NCBI GenBank assembly: GCA_964655175.1
Contig: CAZZLY010000004.1
Location: 15,465-79,464 of the forward strand
Length of the DNA: 64,000 bases
Reading direction: 5' to 3'
From: an uncultured bacterium
GTDB lineage: Bacteria > Eisenbacteria > RBG-16-71-46
Below, in pieces: positions 26,311 through 36,435 of the stretch. The position numbers and the translations under genes are program-made. Every line of letters begins with the position of its first letter. Within the stretch, counting starts at the first letter, position 1. The notes beneath the pieces are model-generated. The model was not told the origin of the DNA. It was given only the letters and a program-made list of their open reading frames with translations, and did not search any database.

Positions 26311-27214
26311 ACCGGTCCTCCTGCGCGAGACGCTCGCCTTCCTGGCGCCCGGTCCCGGCCTGTGGCTCGACGCCACGCTGGGCGACGGTGGCCATGCGGA
26401 GGCCCTGCTGCTCGCCTCGAGCGAACTCCGTCTGCTCGGCAGCGATCGGGACCTCGGCTCCCTCGCCTTCGCGCGTGCGCGGCTCGCGCGTTTCGGGGAT
26501 CGCGTGACCACCGTGCACGGCACCTTCCGCGACCTGCCCACCGCGCACGCCGCGCTGGGCGGTGAGAAGCTGCGCGGGGCGCTGTTCGATTACGGCCTGT
26601 CGTCGGCGCAGATCGACGACCCGGCCCGTGGCATGAGCTTCCGTTTCGACGGCCCGCTCGACCTGCGCATGGACACGAGCCGCGGTGAGACGCTCGCCGA
26701 TCGCCTCGCGACCGTGACCGAGGAGACGCTGGCCGACGTGCTGTGGACGTACGGCGACGTGCGCGCCTCGCGTGCGGTCGCGCGCGCGATCGTGGCGGCC
26801 GGGCGCGAGGGTGCGCTGCGCGGCACGCAGGATCTGGTGACGGTGGTGGGTCGCGCGCTGCGCGACACGAGCCCGGCCGCGGTCGCGCCCGTGTTCCAGG
26901 CGCTGCGCATCTGGGTCAACGACGAGATGGCCGACCTCGAGGGCGCGCTCGCGTGGCTGCCCGAGGCCATGGCCGACGGTGGGGTGGTGGTCACGCTCGC
27001 GTACCACTCGGGCGAGGACCGGCGCGTGAAGCAGGCGCTGCGCGGTCCGCAGCGCACGGTGTCGCGTCGGCTGCCGCCGAGCGCGGACGCGGTGATCGCG
27101 AGCCCGTGGGAGGAGCTCACCCGCAAGGTGGTCGTACCGTCGGACGAGGAGCAGGCCCGTAATCCCCGCGCGCGCAGTGCGCGTCTCAGAGCGTTCCGGA
27201 GGAAGCCGAGATGA
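26294..27214 (+). CDS. rsmH: 16S rRNA (cytosine1402-N4)-methyltransferase RsmH (MraW)
   Basis: GTLGDGGH and SAM-binding motifs; FDYGLSSAQIDDPARGMSF; HSGEDRRVK. Confidence 0.9.
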   Translation: MSARHEPVLLRETLAFLAPGPGLWLDATLGDGGHAEALLLASSELRLLGSDRDLGSLAFARARLARFGDRVTTVHGTFRDLPTAHAALGGEKLRGALFDYGLSSAQIDDPARGMSFRFDGPLDLRMDTSRGETLADRLATVTEETLADVLWTYGDVRASRAVARAIVAAGREGALRGTQDLVTVVGRALRDTSPAAVAPVFQALRIWVNDEMADLEGALAWLPEAMADGGVVVTLAYHSGEDRRVKQALRGPQRTVSRRLPPSADAVIASPWEELTRKVVVPSDEEQARNPRARSARLRAFRRKPR

Positions 27215-27648
27215 AGAACCCGTGGCGGCATTCCGTCCCGTCGTGGCATGCGGTCGAGCCGCGTGCCGGTCAGCTCCTGCGCCTGTGGTGGGTGCCGGTG
27301 CTGGCGCTGGTCCTGTTGTTCGAGGTGTGGCAGCACACGCAGGTCGCCAGTCTCTCGGTGCAGGCCGACAAGGCCGGTGAGGCGCGGCGACTCGCGGACA
27401 ACGAGCTGGAGTGGATGCGCACCCGGCTCGACCGTGCCGCGACGCGTGCCGAGGTGAGCGAGTTGGCCGCCGAGGTGGGGGTGCGTCCGGGGGACACGAA
27501 CCAGATCGTCTGGCTCCCCGCGGATTATCTCGAGGAGGACGGAGGCGTGGCGAACCCGGACGGTTCGCCGGCGCTGCTCGCTCAGGCGGGCCGTGCCCTC
27601 CAGTCGCTCGTGCCGGACGCCTCGGCGCGGGGACGTCATTTGGACTGA
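27211..27648 (+). CDS. ftsL: Cell division protein FtsL-like (single TM plus coiled coil)
   Basis: Position between rsmH and ftsI. One TM helix (LLRLWWVPVLALVLLFEVW) followed by a coiled-coil-like segment. ATGA overlap with rsmH. Confidence 0.6.
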   Translation: MKNPWRHSVPSWHAVEPRAGQLLRLWWVPVLALVLLFEVWQHTQVASLSVQADKAGEARRLADNELEWMRTRLDRAATRAEVSELAAEVGVRPGDTNQIVWLPADYLEEDGGVANPDGSPALLAQAGRALQSLVPDASARGRHLD

Positions 27649-27754
27649 TCCGATCCGTCGGACATCCGAGGATCGGCCCGTTGGGGGGCCGCGCCTCAGC
27701 ACCGCGCAAGTGGGTCGGCGGCCTGCGTGAACCGCCGTTCCAAGGAGGGAACAG

Positions 27755-29914
27755 TTGGCCCACAAGGAGTTGCGCAAGAGTCGGGTGCTGGTGGTGGCGG
27801 CCCTTCTTCTTTCGGTTTTCATCGTCGTCTGGCTGCGCGTCTTCACGCTGCAGACCGTGCTGCACGAGCACTTCGCCGCACGCGCGCGTGAGAACCAGCA
27901 GCACCACGAGAAGATCCTGCCCCGTCGTGGCGTGATCAGCGACCGTCACGGCGAGGTGCTCGCGCACGACATCGGCGTGAGCCAGGTCGCGGTCTATCCG
28001 CCGCAGCTCAAGGAGCACGCGCGCGCCGCGAAGGTGATCGGCGAGGCGCTGGGGATCCCCGAGGCCAAGCTGCTCAAGCAGCTCAAGTCGCTCAAGAGCT
28101 ACACCTGGATCGCGCGCGAGGTGCCGCCCGAGCAGGGCCTGCGCATCCGCCAGGCGCGCCTCGAGGGCGTCGTCGTCGAGGACGAGACGCGGCGGTTCTA
28201 CCAGCTCGGCAACGCCGCGTGCGAGGTGCTGGGGCGCACGAACCTCGACAACGTCGGCGTGGACGGGATCGAGTACCAGTACGAGGACGCGCTCGCGGGC
28301 CGCGTCGGTTGGACGACCACGGTGCCCACCGGCAGCTCGCGCGTGCAGCTGCGCCTGCCCGGCGCCGAGGGCCGTCCGGCGCGCGACGGCAGCTCGATGG
28401 AGCTCACGATCGACGCCGAGCTGCAGAGCATCGTCGAACAGCATCTGGCCCGCGCCGTCGATTCGCTCAACGCCAAGCGCGGGTTCGCGATCTTCATGGA
28501 CCCGTGGTCGGGCGAGATCCTCGCCGCCGCCTGCGCGCCGCACCTGCCGCCGGGCGCGGCCAAGAACTGGAACTTCACCGACCAGTACGAGCCGGGCTCG
28601 ACGTTCAAGGTCGTGGTCGCGGGCGCGACGCTCGAGGAGCACAACGCGCGGCCCGATCAGGTGTTCAACGCCGGCACGAACGGCGCGGCGGAGCTGACCC
28701 CCGGCTGCGTCATCCACGACACGCACCCGCACGGCGCGCTCACGTTCCGCCAGGCGGTGCAGTACTCGAGCAACATCGTCATGGGCCGTCTCGCGCTGCT
28801 GCTGGGCGCCGAGAAGCTGCACCGCTACGCGACCGCGCTCGGCTTCGGCAGCATGACCGGTGTCGAGTTCCCGGGCGAGAGCGCGGGGCGCCTGCGCCCG
28901 CTGAGCGTGTGGCAGCCGCGGTCCACGCCCACGGTCGCGATCGGGCAGGAGGTCACGGTCACGCCGCTGCAGCTCGCGCTGGCGTACTCCGCCATCGCCA
29001 ACGGCGGCGTGCTCATGGAACCCATGCTGGTGCGGTCGATCCGCGACGCCAACGGCCGCGAGGTCCGCCGCAACACGCCGCAGTCCTCGCACCGGGTGTT
29101 CAGCGAGGCCACCACGCGCACGCTCATGGACATGCTGTGCGCGGTCGTGGACAGCGGCACCGCGACGACCGCACGCCTGCCCGACGTGCGCATCGCGGGC
29201 AAGACCGGCACCGCGCAGAAGGTGGACCCGCGCACCCGTCGCTACGGCGCCGGCATGTACATGGGCTCGTTCGCCGGCATCGCGCCGGCCGATCACCCGC
29301 GCATGGTCGGCGTGGTCGTCATCGACGAGCCGCACGGCGCGCACTACTACGGTGGCCTCGTGGCCGCGCCGGTGTTCCGCGAGGTCGTGCTCGACCTGCA
29401 GCGCGTGGGTTGGTCCGGGTTCGACAACACCAATGCGGCGATCGCGCTGCGTCCGCCGGTCGTCCCCCCGGTGACCGCGCCCGATCTGCGGCTGCTGCCG
29501 CCCCAGGCCGCCGAGCACCGGCTCGCCGAGTACGGTCTGCACGTGCGCTTCGAGGGCAAGGGGCCGCGCGTGCTGTCGCAGGTGCCGCCCGCGGGGCAGG
29601 CGATCGATCGCGGTGCGGTCGTGCTCGCCTATCTGGCGGCACCGCAGGACTCGGTCGGCCGATCGCTGCCGAACCTCGTGGGTCTGCCCGTGCGCGAGGC
29701 GATGCGCCGGCTGTCGCAGCGCGAGGTGTCCGTGCACATCACCGGCAACGGCTTCGTGACCCGTCAGGAACCGCCCGCGGGCGTGCCGCTGCCGCTGCAG
29801 GGCCCGTGTCGGCTCTGGTGCGCACCGCACGAGGACGGTCGGGTCGCGGTCGTGAGCGAGCGCGCCGAGCGCGGCGTCGTGACGCCGACGTCCGGACGGA
29901 CCCGTCGACCGTGA
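27755..29914 (+). CDS. ftsI: Peptidoglycan D,D-transpeptidase FtsI (PBP3 class B) with two C-terminal PASTA domains
   Basis: TTG start preceded by an AAGGAGGG RBS. N-terminal TM, PBP dimerisation domain, transpeptidase motifs (STFK, SSN, KTGTA), then two PASTA-like repeats (LPPQAAEHRLAEYGLHV..., LVGLPVREAMRRLSQREVSV...). Confidence 0.9.
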   Translation: MAHKELRKSRVLVVAALLLSVFIVVWLRVFTLQTVLHEHFAARARENQQHHEKILPRRGVISDRHGEVLAHDIGVSQVAVYPPQLKEHARAAKVIGEALGIPEAKLLKQLKSLKSYTWIAREVPPEQGLRIRQARLEGVVVEDETRRFYQLGNAACEVLGRTNLDNVGVDGIEYQYEDALAGRVGWTTTVPTGSSRVQLRLPGAEGRPARDGSSMELTIDAELQSIVEQHLARAVDSLNAKRGFAIFMDPWSGEILAAACAPHLPPGAAKNWNFTDQYEPGSTFKVVVAGATLEEHNARPDQVFNAGTNGAAELTPGCVIHDTHPHGALTFRQAVQYSSNIVMGRLALLLGAEKLHRYATALGFGSMTGVEFPGESAGRLRPLSVWQPRSTPTVAIGQEVTVTPLQLALAYSAIANGGVLMEPMLVRSIRDANGREVRRNTPQSSHRVFSEATTRTLMDMLCAVVDSGTATTARLPDVRIAGKTGTAQKVDPRTRRYGAGMYMGSFAGIAPADHPRMVGVVVIDEPHGAHYYGGLVAAPVFREVVLDLQRVGWSGFDNTNAAIALRPPVVPPVTAPDLRLLPPQAAEHRLAEYGLHVRFEGKGPRVLSQVPPAGQAIDRGAVVLAYLAAPQDSVGRSLPNLVGLPVREAMRRLSQREVSVHITGNGFVTRQEPPAGVPLPLQGPCRLWCAPHEDGRVAVVSERAERGVVTPTSGRTRRP

Positions 29915-31410
29915 TCCTGCGCGACCTGCTCGCCGCGGTGGAGACGCGGTCCGTCCGCGGCACCACCGACCGTGAGGTCGCCGGACTCGCGCTGGACAGC
30001 CGTCGCGTGAAGCCGGGCGATGCGTTCTTCGCGCTGCCCGGTGTGAACGCCGACGGGGGGCGCTTCGCCATGGCCGCGGTGCAGGCCGGCGCGGTCGCCG
30101 TGTTCGGCTCGGGACTGCCCGAACTGCCCGGCGTCACCCAGGTCGAGGTCGTCGAGCCGCGGCTCGCGCTGGCGCAGGCCGCGTGCCGCGTGAACCACGA
30201 TCCGTCGCAGCTCATGCAGGTCGTCGCGGTGACCGGCACCAACGGCAAGACGACGACCACGTACCTGCTCGAGGCGATCCTCGATGCGGCCGGTCGTCGT
30301 GCGGGTGTGATCGGCACCACGGGCGTGCGACTCGCAGGGCAGCGGCTGCCGTCGTCGTTCACCACGCCCGAGGCGCCCGAACTGCAGTCGCTGCTCGCGC
30401 TCATGCGCGGGGCGGGGGTGGCCACCGTGGCGTTGGAGGCGAGCAGCCACGCGCTCGTGCAGCGGCGCACGTGGGGTCTGGCGTGCGACGTGTGCGTGTT
30501 CACCAACCTCACGCAGGACCATCTCGACTATCACCGCACCATGGCGGCGTACCTCGACGCCAAGCTCATGCTGTTCGACGGCCGCAACGGCGGTCAGGGC
30601 AAGCGTCCGGTGGCGGTGGTGAACGCCGACGACCCGCACCACGACGCGGTCGCCGCGGCAGCGGCGCAGGGCTGTCGCATGGTCTGGCGTTATGGCTCGG
30701 CCGAGGCGGTCGGGATGCGGGACGGCGTCGCGCTGGTGTCGGTCACGCCCAGTGCGAGCGGGCTCGCGCTCGTGCTGCGCGAGCGCGTCGGCGACCACGT
30801 GCGCGAGCACGGCTGTGCGCTCCCCATGCTGGGGCGGTTCAACGCGTGGAACGCGGCGGCCGCGTTCGCCGCCGCGCGTGCCCTCGGGATCGACGCGGCC
30901 CTGGCGGTGCGTGGACTCGAGCAGTCGCCCGGCGTCCCGGGCCGGCTCGAGCGCGTGCAGGCCGGCCAGCCGTTCGAGGTGACGGTCGACTACGCGCACA
31001 CGCCGGACGCGCTCGAGCGCGCGCTCGCCGCGTGCCGCGAGCACACGCGCGGTCGCGTGCTGGTGGTGTTCGGCTGCGGCGGCGATCGCGATCGCGGCAA
31101 GCGCCCGCTCATGGGCGAGGCCGCAGGGCGCGGCGCGGATCGCGCATGGGTGACCAACGACAATCCGCGCAGCGAGGATCCCGCCGCGATCGCGGCCGCG
31201 ATCGTGGCCGGTGCCCCCGCGGGCGCGCTGCAGGTGGTCCTCGACCGGCGCGCCGCCATCGCGGCCGCGCTCGCCGAGGCGCGCCCCGGCGACCTGGTGC
31301 TCATCGCCGGCAAGGGGCACGAGACGACGCAGACCGTGGGCGCCGAGGTGCTGCCGTTCGACGATCGTCGCGTGGCGCGTGAACTCCTGCTGGGTGCGGG
31401 GGCCGCATGA
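29911..31410 (+). CDS. murE: UDP-N-acetylmuramoyl-L-alanyl-D-glutamate--2,6-diaminopimelate ligase MurE
   Basis: Mur ligase motifs: VTGTNGKTTTT and the DNPR motif (NDNPRSEDP) typical of meso-DAP-adding MurE. GTGA overlap with ftsI. Confidence 0.9.
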   Translation: MILRDLLAAVETRSVRGTTDREVAGLALDSRRVKPGDAFFALPGVNADGGRFAMAAVQAGAVAVFGSGLPELPGVTQVEVVEPRLALAQAACRVNHDPSQLMQVVAVTGTNGKTTTTYLLEAILDAAGRRAGVIGTTGVRLAGQRLPSSFTTPEAPELQSLLALMRGAGVATVALEASSHALVQRRTWGLACDVCVFTNLTQDHLDYHRTMAAYLDAKLMLFDGRNGGQGKRPVAVVNADDPHHDAVAAAAAQGCRMVWRYGSAEAVGMRDGVALVSVTPSASGLALVLRERVGDHVREHGCALPMLGRFNAWNAAAAFAAARALGIDAALAVRGLEQSPGVPGRLERVQAGQPFEVTVDYAHTPDALERALAACREHTRGRVLVVFGCGGDRDRGKRPLMGEAAGRGADRAWVTNDNPRSEDPAAIAAAIVAGAPAGALQVVLDRRAAIAAALAEARPGDLVLIAGKGHETTQTVGAEVLPFDDRRVARELLLGAGAA

Positions 31411-32825
31411 GCGCACCGACCCCGCTCGTCACCCTGGTGCAGCTCGCGCAGTGGGCGGGGGGCGACCTCGTCGTGCACGACGTGCCCACCGATCCGCTCG
31501 CGCGCGAGGCGCTGCTCAAGAGCGGCATCACCGGTGCGACGCTCGACACGCGCAAGGTCGTTCCGGGCATCCTGTTCGTGCCGTTGCCGGGTAGCCGCAC
31601 GGACGGCCACGCGTTCCTCGACGAGGCGTTCGCGCGCGGGGCGGGGGCGGCGCTCTGTGCGCGCGCCGTGCATCCGCGCATCGCGCATCTGCCGCTCGGG
31701 CCGCTCGTGCTCGTGGACGACGTGACCGCGGCGCTGCAGCGGCTGTCGACCAAGCTGCGCGAGCTGTGGGGCGGCTGGGTCATCGCGGTCACCGGCAGCG
31801 CGGGCAAGACCACGACCAAGGAGCTCGTCGCCGCCGTGCTCGGCACCGCCGGGTCCGTGCTGCGCACCGAGGGCAATCTCAACAACCATTGGGGCGTGCC
31901 GCTCACACTGCTGGCGCTGCGCCCGGGCCACGCGATGGCCGTCGTCGAGATGGGCATGAACCACGCCGGTGAGATCGCGGCGCTCGCGGCGATCGCCAAG
32001 CCGAACGCCTGCATCATCACCAACGCCGGTTCGGCGCACCTCGAGAACCTGGGGTCGCTCGAGGCCATCGCGCGCGAGAAGGCCTCGCTCGCGTGGTCGC
32101 TCGACAAGGGCGCACCCGCGTTCGTGTGCGCCGACTCGCCGCGGCTCGTGGCCGCGGTGCAGGGCGCGCGGGCCGAGGTCGTGACGTACGGACTCGCGCC
32201 CGAGGCACAGGTGCGCCCGAGCGAATGGCAGGACCTGGGTGACCGTGGCTCGCGGCTGGTGGTGCCCGGGTTCCCGCCGATCCATCTCAAACTGGTCGGG
32301 CAGCACCAGATGGTCAACGCGCTCGGCGCGCTGGCGGTGGCGCGCCACCGCGGACTCGATCCCGTCGCCGTCGCGGCCGCGCTCGAGGCGCATGCGCCCA
32401 TCAAGGGCCGCATGGAGATCCGCCACGCCGCGGGCGCGACGCTGGTGCTCGATCATTACAACGCCAATCCCGATTCGATGCAGGCCGCGCTCGCCGCGCT
32501 GGCCAAGTGGCCGGGCACGACGCGTCGCATCGCGGTGCTCGGCGACATGCGCGAACTGGGCGAGACCGCGGCGGACCTGCACGTCCAGGTGGGCGCCGCG
32601 GTGCGTGAGGCGGAACTGTGGGTGGTGGGCGAGCACGCGGCGGATTACGCCGCGGGCGCGGCCCGCGTCGGCATCGAGGCGCGGGTGTTCCCCGACAAGG
32701 CGACCCTGGGTGCGGAGCTGCGAGCGCAGCTCGCGCCGGGGACGGTGATCCTGTTGAAGGCGTCGCGCGGTGCGGCGCTCGAGGACGTCCTGACCGGCTG
32801 GCCGGTCGAGACCCGGGAGGCGTAG
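31407..32825 (+). CDS. murF: UDP-MurNAc-tripeptide--D-alanyl-D-alanine ligase MurF
   Basis: VTGSAGKTTTKE; Mur ligase middle and C-terminal domains. Confidence 0.9.
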   Translation: MSAPTPLVTLVQLAQWAGGDLVVHDVPTDPLAREALLKSGITGATLDTRKVVPGILFVPLPGSRTDGHAFLDEAFARGAGAALCARAVHPRIAHLPLGPLVLVDDVTAALQRLSTKLRELWGGWVIAVTGSAGKTTTKELVAAVLGTAGSVLRTEGNLNNHWGVPLTLLALRPGHAMAVVEMGMNHAGEIAALAAIAKPNACIITNAGSAHLENLGSLEAIAREKASLAWSLDKGAPAFVCADSPRLVAAVQGARAEVVTYGLAPEAQVRPSEWQDLGDRGSRLVVPGFPPIHLKLVGQHQMVNALGALAVARHRGLDPVAVAAALEAHAPIKGRMEIRHAAGATLVLDHYNANPDSMQAALAALAKWPGTTRRIAVLGDMRELGETAADLHVQVGAAVREAELWVVGEHAADYAAGAARVGIEARVFPDKATLGAELRAQLAPGTVILLKASRGAALEDVLTGWPVETREA

Positions 32826-32828
32826 CGC

Positions 32829-33920
32829 GTGTTCTACGAGTGGCTGTATCCGCTGCACACGGTGCAGGGACTCTCGTTCCTCAACCTGTTCAAGTACATC
32901 ACGGTGCGTTCGGCGCTCGCGGCGCTGCTCGCGCTGCTCATCAGCTTCCTGCTCGGGCCCACGATGATCGAGTGGCTGCGGGCGGTGAAGCTGGGGCAGA
33001 AGGTGCGCGAGGAGGGCCCGCAGACGCACTACGTGAAGGCCGGCACGCCCACGATGGGCGGCCTGCTCATGCTGGTCGCGATCGGCGTCTCGGTGCTGTT
33101 GTGCGGCAACTTCCACAACCGGCAGGTGTGGTTGGCGCTCGGCACGACGCTGTGGCTCGGCGGACTGGGGTTCCTGGACGACTGGCTGCGCGTGGTCAAG
33201 AAGTTCCCCAAGGGACTGCTCGGCCGCTACAAGCTCGTGGGTCAGTTCGCGATCGGCGCGATCGTCGCGGCCTGCATCCTGCTGTGGCCCGAGCCGGGCC
33301 CCGGCCCGACGATGACGCACGTGCCGTTCATGAAGAGCTTCTACGTGTCGCTCGGGGTGCTGTTCATCCCGTTCGTCATGCTCGTGATCACCGGCACGTC
33401 GAATGCGGTCAACCTCACCGACGGCCTCGATGGCCTCGCGTCGGGGTTGGTCGCGATCGCGGCCATCGCGTTCGCCGGCATGTGCTACCTGACCGGTCAC
33501 GTCAAGTTCAGCGAGTACCTCAACACGGGCTACCTGCCGTTCGCGGGTGAACTCACGGTGTTCTGCGCCGCGGTGCTCGGTGCCGCGCTCGGATTCCTCT
33601 GGTACAACTGCCATCCGGCCCAGGTGTTCATGGGCGACACGGGCTCGCTCGCTCTGGGCGGTGCGCTCGGCGTCGTCGCGGTGCTCATCAAGCGCGAGTT
33701 CTGGCTCGTCATCGTGGGCGGCGTGTTCGTGGCCGAGGCGCTCTCGGTCATGCTGCAGGTGGCGTCGTTCAAGCTGACGGGCAAACGCATCCTGCGCATG
33801 TCGCCGCTGCACCATCATTTCGAATTGATCGGCTGGGCCGAGTCCCGCGTCGTGCTGCGCTTCTACATCGCCGGCGCGCTGCTCGCCCTGCTCTCGCTGT
33901 CCACGTTCAAGGTGCAGTGA
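32829..33920 (+). CDS. mraY: Phospho-N-acetylmuramoyl-pentapeptide transferase MraY
   Basis: NLTDGLDGLA, MGDTGSLALGG and HHHFE motifs; 10 TM helices. Confidence 0.95.
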   Translation: MFYEWLYPLHTVQGLSFLNLFKYITVRSALAALLALLISFLLGPTMIEWLRAVKLGQKVREEGPQTHYVKAGTPTMGGLLMLVAIGVSVLLCGNFHNRQVWLALGTTLWLGGLGFLDDWLRVVKKFPKGLLGRYKLVGQFAIGAIVAACILLWPEPGPGPTMTHVPFMKSFYVSLGVLFIPFVMLVITGTSNAVNLTDGLDGLASGLVAIAAIAFAGMCYLTGHVKFSEYLNTGYLPFAGELTVFCAAVLGAALGFLWYNCHPAQVFMGDTGSLALGGALGVVAVLIKREFWLVIVGGVFVAEALSVMLQVASFKLTGKRILRMSPLHHHFELIGWAESRVVLRFYIAGALLALLSLSTFKVQ

Positions 33921-35302
33921 CGCACGATCCCCGGCACCCGTTCCCGGGTCGCACCGCGCTCGTCGCGGGTGCGGCCCGCAGTGGGCTGGCGGCGGCCCGC
34001 CTGCTGGCGCGTCGCGGCCTCGCGGTCACCGTGTGCGATCGCCGTCCCGCCGACGCGGCGCCCGAGGCGGCGACGGCGCTCGCGTCCGAGGGCGTGCGGT
34101 TCGCGTGGGGGCGCGACGACGCGGGGCTGCTCGAGGGGCACGACTTCGTGGTCTGGAGCCCGGGCATCGCGGTGGACCATCCGCTCGCGGTGGCCGCGCG
34201 CGCCTCGGGCCGTCCCGTGCTCGGCGAACTCGAGGTGGGGTACCGCGCCGCGGTCGCCCCGTTCGTGTGCATCACCGGCACCAACGGCAAGAGCACGACG
34301 ACCGACCTGACCGGTGCGCTGCTGCGCGCGGCGGGCAGAACGGTGGCGGTGTGCGGCAACATCGGGCGCGCGCTGTGCGAGGTGGTGGACGAGGTGCCCG
34401 CGACCGGGCTGTTGGTGGTCGAGGTCTCGAGCTTCCAGTTGGAGACCGTGGACCGGCTGCGGCCCACGGTCGCGACCTGGCTCAACCTGACGCCGGACCA
34501 CCTCGATCGCCACGGCTCGATCGAGGTCTACGGCGCCATGAAGCAGCGCCTGTTCGCCCAGCAGACCGCGGCGGACTGGGCGGTGGTGAACGCCGACGAT
34601 CCCGAGGTCGTGTCCCGCCGTGCCGGGCAGGGGCGGCCGGCCGCGTTCTCGTGCCGTGGGCCCGTGCGCGACGGCGCGTTCCTCGACGCCGACGGCACGA
34701 TCGTGCTGGTGCGCGCGGGCGAGCGCACGCCGCTCATGCCGCGCGCCGAGGTCCGTCTGCCGGGGCCGCACAACACCGCCAACGTGCTCGCCGCGCTCGC
34801 CACCGTGCTGCCGTTCGACCCGCCGCTCGCCGCGCTGCGCGAGGTGCTGCGCACCTACGGTGGCCTGGAGCACCGGCTCGAGCCCGCGGGGACCCGGGAC
34901 GGGGTCCGGTTCGTCAACGACTCCAAGGCGACCAACACGGATTCGCTGCGCGTGGCGCTGCAGAGCTTCCCCGAGCCGGTGGTGCTGATCGCCGGTGGGC
35001 GCGACAAGGGTCAGGATTTCCGTCCCCTCGCGCCACTCGTCCAGCAGGCCGTGCGGCGTCTGATCCTGATCGGGGAGGGGGCGGAGCCCATGGCGGCCGC
35101 CTGGTCGGGGACGCCCCACGAGCGGGCGACCACCCTGGCCGACGCGGTCCGTCGGGCGTACGAGGCGGCGCGGCCCTCCGGGGCCGTCGTTCTCCTCTCG
35201 CCTGGATGCGCTTCATTCGATATGTTCCGGGACTATGAGGACCGTGGGCGCCGCTTCAAGGATGAAGTGAGCCGACTCATGGTCGAGGGAGAGCCGTGTT
35301 GA
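33917..35302 (+). CDS. murD: UDP-N-acetylmuramoylalanine--D-glutamate ligase MurD
   Basis: ITGTNGKSTTT; Mur ligase domains; position between mraY and ftsW. Confidence 0.9.
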   Translation: MTHDPRHPFPGRTALVAGAARSGLAAARLLARRGLAVTVCDRRPADAAPEAATALASEGVRFAWGRDDAGLLEGHDFVVWSPGIAVDHPLAVAARASGRPVLGELEVGYRAAVAPFVCITGTNGKSTTTDLTGALLRAAGRTVAVCGNIGRALCEVVDEVPATGLLVVEVSSFQLETVDRLRPTVATWLNLTPDHLDRHGSIEVYGAMKQRLFAQQTAADWAVVNADDPEVVSRRAGQGRPAAFSCRGPVRDGAFLDADGTIVLVRAGERTPLMPRAEVRLPGPHNTANVLAALATVLPFDPPLAALREVLRTYGGLEHRLEPAGTRDGVRFVNDSKATNTDSLRVALQSFPEPVVLIAGGRDKGQDFRPLAPLVQQAVRRLILIGEGAEPMAAAWSGTPHERATTLADAVRRAYEAARPSGAVVLLSPGCASFDMFRDYEDRGRRFKDEVSRLMVEGEPC

Positions 35303-36435
35303 AGCGTGGTGATGGTCTGCTGCTGGCGTTGGCGCTGGGACTCACGTTCATCGGGTTCCTCATGGTGTACTCCGCCGGTTCGTTCTCGGCGTTCATCCAT
35401 TACAGCGACAGCCTGTATTACCTGAAGCAGCAGATCTTCCGCATCGTCATCGGACTGGCCGCGCTGTTCGTCGCCACCAAGGTGAGTCTGCGCTGGCTCG
35501 AGGAGCACGCGCACTGGCTGCTCGGCATCGCCTGCACGCTGCTGCTGCTGGTGATCGTCATGGGCCACATGTCGAACGGCGCGACGCGCTGGCTGCGAGT
35601 CGGATTCATGTCCCTGCAGCCCACGGATCTCGCGCGGCTCGCGGCGGTGATCTTCATGGCCGCGTGGCTCAAGCGCCGTCCCATCGAGTCGCTCGGGTTC
35701 TGGAAGGGCACGGCCCTGCCGCTCGTCATGATCGGCGTGGTCTGCGGGCTCATCCTCAAGCAGCCGAACCTGAGTTCGGCCGCGATGCTGTTCCTGACCG
35801 GGTTCGGCATGTTGATGCTGGCGGGGGCGCCGTGGCGCCATCTCGCGATCCCGCTCGGCGCCGGCGCGGTCGGGGCGATCGGGGCGGTGCTCACGCACCC
35901 GTACATGATGACGCGCGTCAAGACGTTCACCGGTTTCATCTTCGGGGGTCATCTCGACGCCCGCGGGGCCGGTTGGCAGCTCGATCAGTCCCTCATCGCG
36001 ATCGGTTCGGGGGGCGTGCTCGGTCGTGGTCTGGGCGGGGGGATGCAGAAGTTGCTCTACCTGCCCGAGGCCCATACGGATTTCATCTTCTCGATCATCG
36101 CGGAGGAGCTGGGGCTCTGGGGCGTCACGCTCCTCTTCGCGATCATGGCGGTATTCCTGTTGCGGGGCCTGCGGGCCGCCGCGCGGGCCTCGGATCCGTT
36201 CGCCAGCCTGTTGGCCGGTGGGCTCACCCTGCAGATCGGCCTGTACGCGCTCGCGAACCTCGCGGTCGCGACGGGGCTTGCGCCGACCACCGGGTTGCCG
36301 TTCCCGTTCGTCTCGTACGGCGGCTCGGCGCTCATGGTCAATCTGGCGGCGGTGGGCATCATTTACCGGGTCAGCGCGATGAACGATCACGAGGACGCGT
36401 GGGCGCGTCAGCGTTGGTCCCGGGAGGCGGCATGA
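35296..36435 (+). CDS. ftsW: SEDS protein FtsW (peptidoglycan polymerase / lipid II handling)
   Basis: FtsW/RodA family motifs (HTDFIFS, PFPFVSYGGSA); position in the dcw cluster. Confidence 0.9.
   Translation: MLKRGDGLLLALALGLTFIGFLMVYSAGSFSAFIHYSDSLYYLKQQIFRIVIGLAALFVATKVSLRWLEEHAHWLLGIACTLLLLVIVMGHMSNGATRWLRVGFMSLQPTDLARLAAVIFMAAWLKRRPIESLGFWKGTALPLVMIGVVCGLILKQPNLSSAAMLFLTGFGMLMLAGAPWRHLAIPLGAGAVGAIGAVLTHPYMMTRVKTFTGFIFGGHLDARGAGWQLDQSLIAIGSGGVLGRGLGGGMQKLLYLPEAHTDFIFSIIAEELGLWGVTLLFAIMAVFLLRGLRAAARASDPFASLLAGGLTLQIGLYALANLAVATGLAPTTGLPFPFVSYGGSALMVNLAAVGIIYRVSAMNDHEDAWARQRWSREAA

Noticed and set aside
26168-29830. 1220 aa minus-strand ORF antisense to rsmH-ftsL-ftsI
   Set aside because: Antisense to universally conserved dcw genes; composition-driven ORF.
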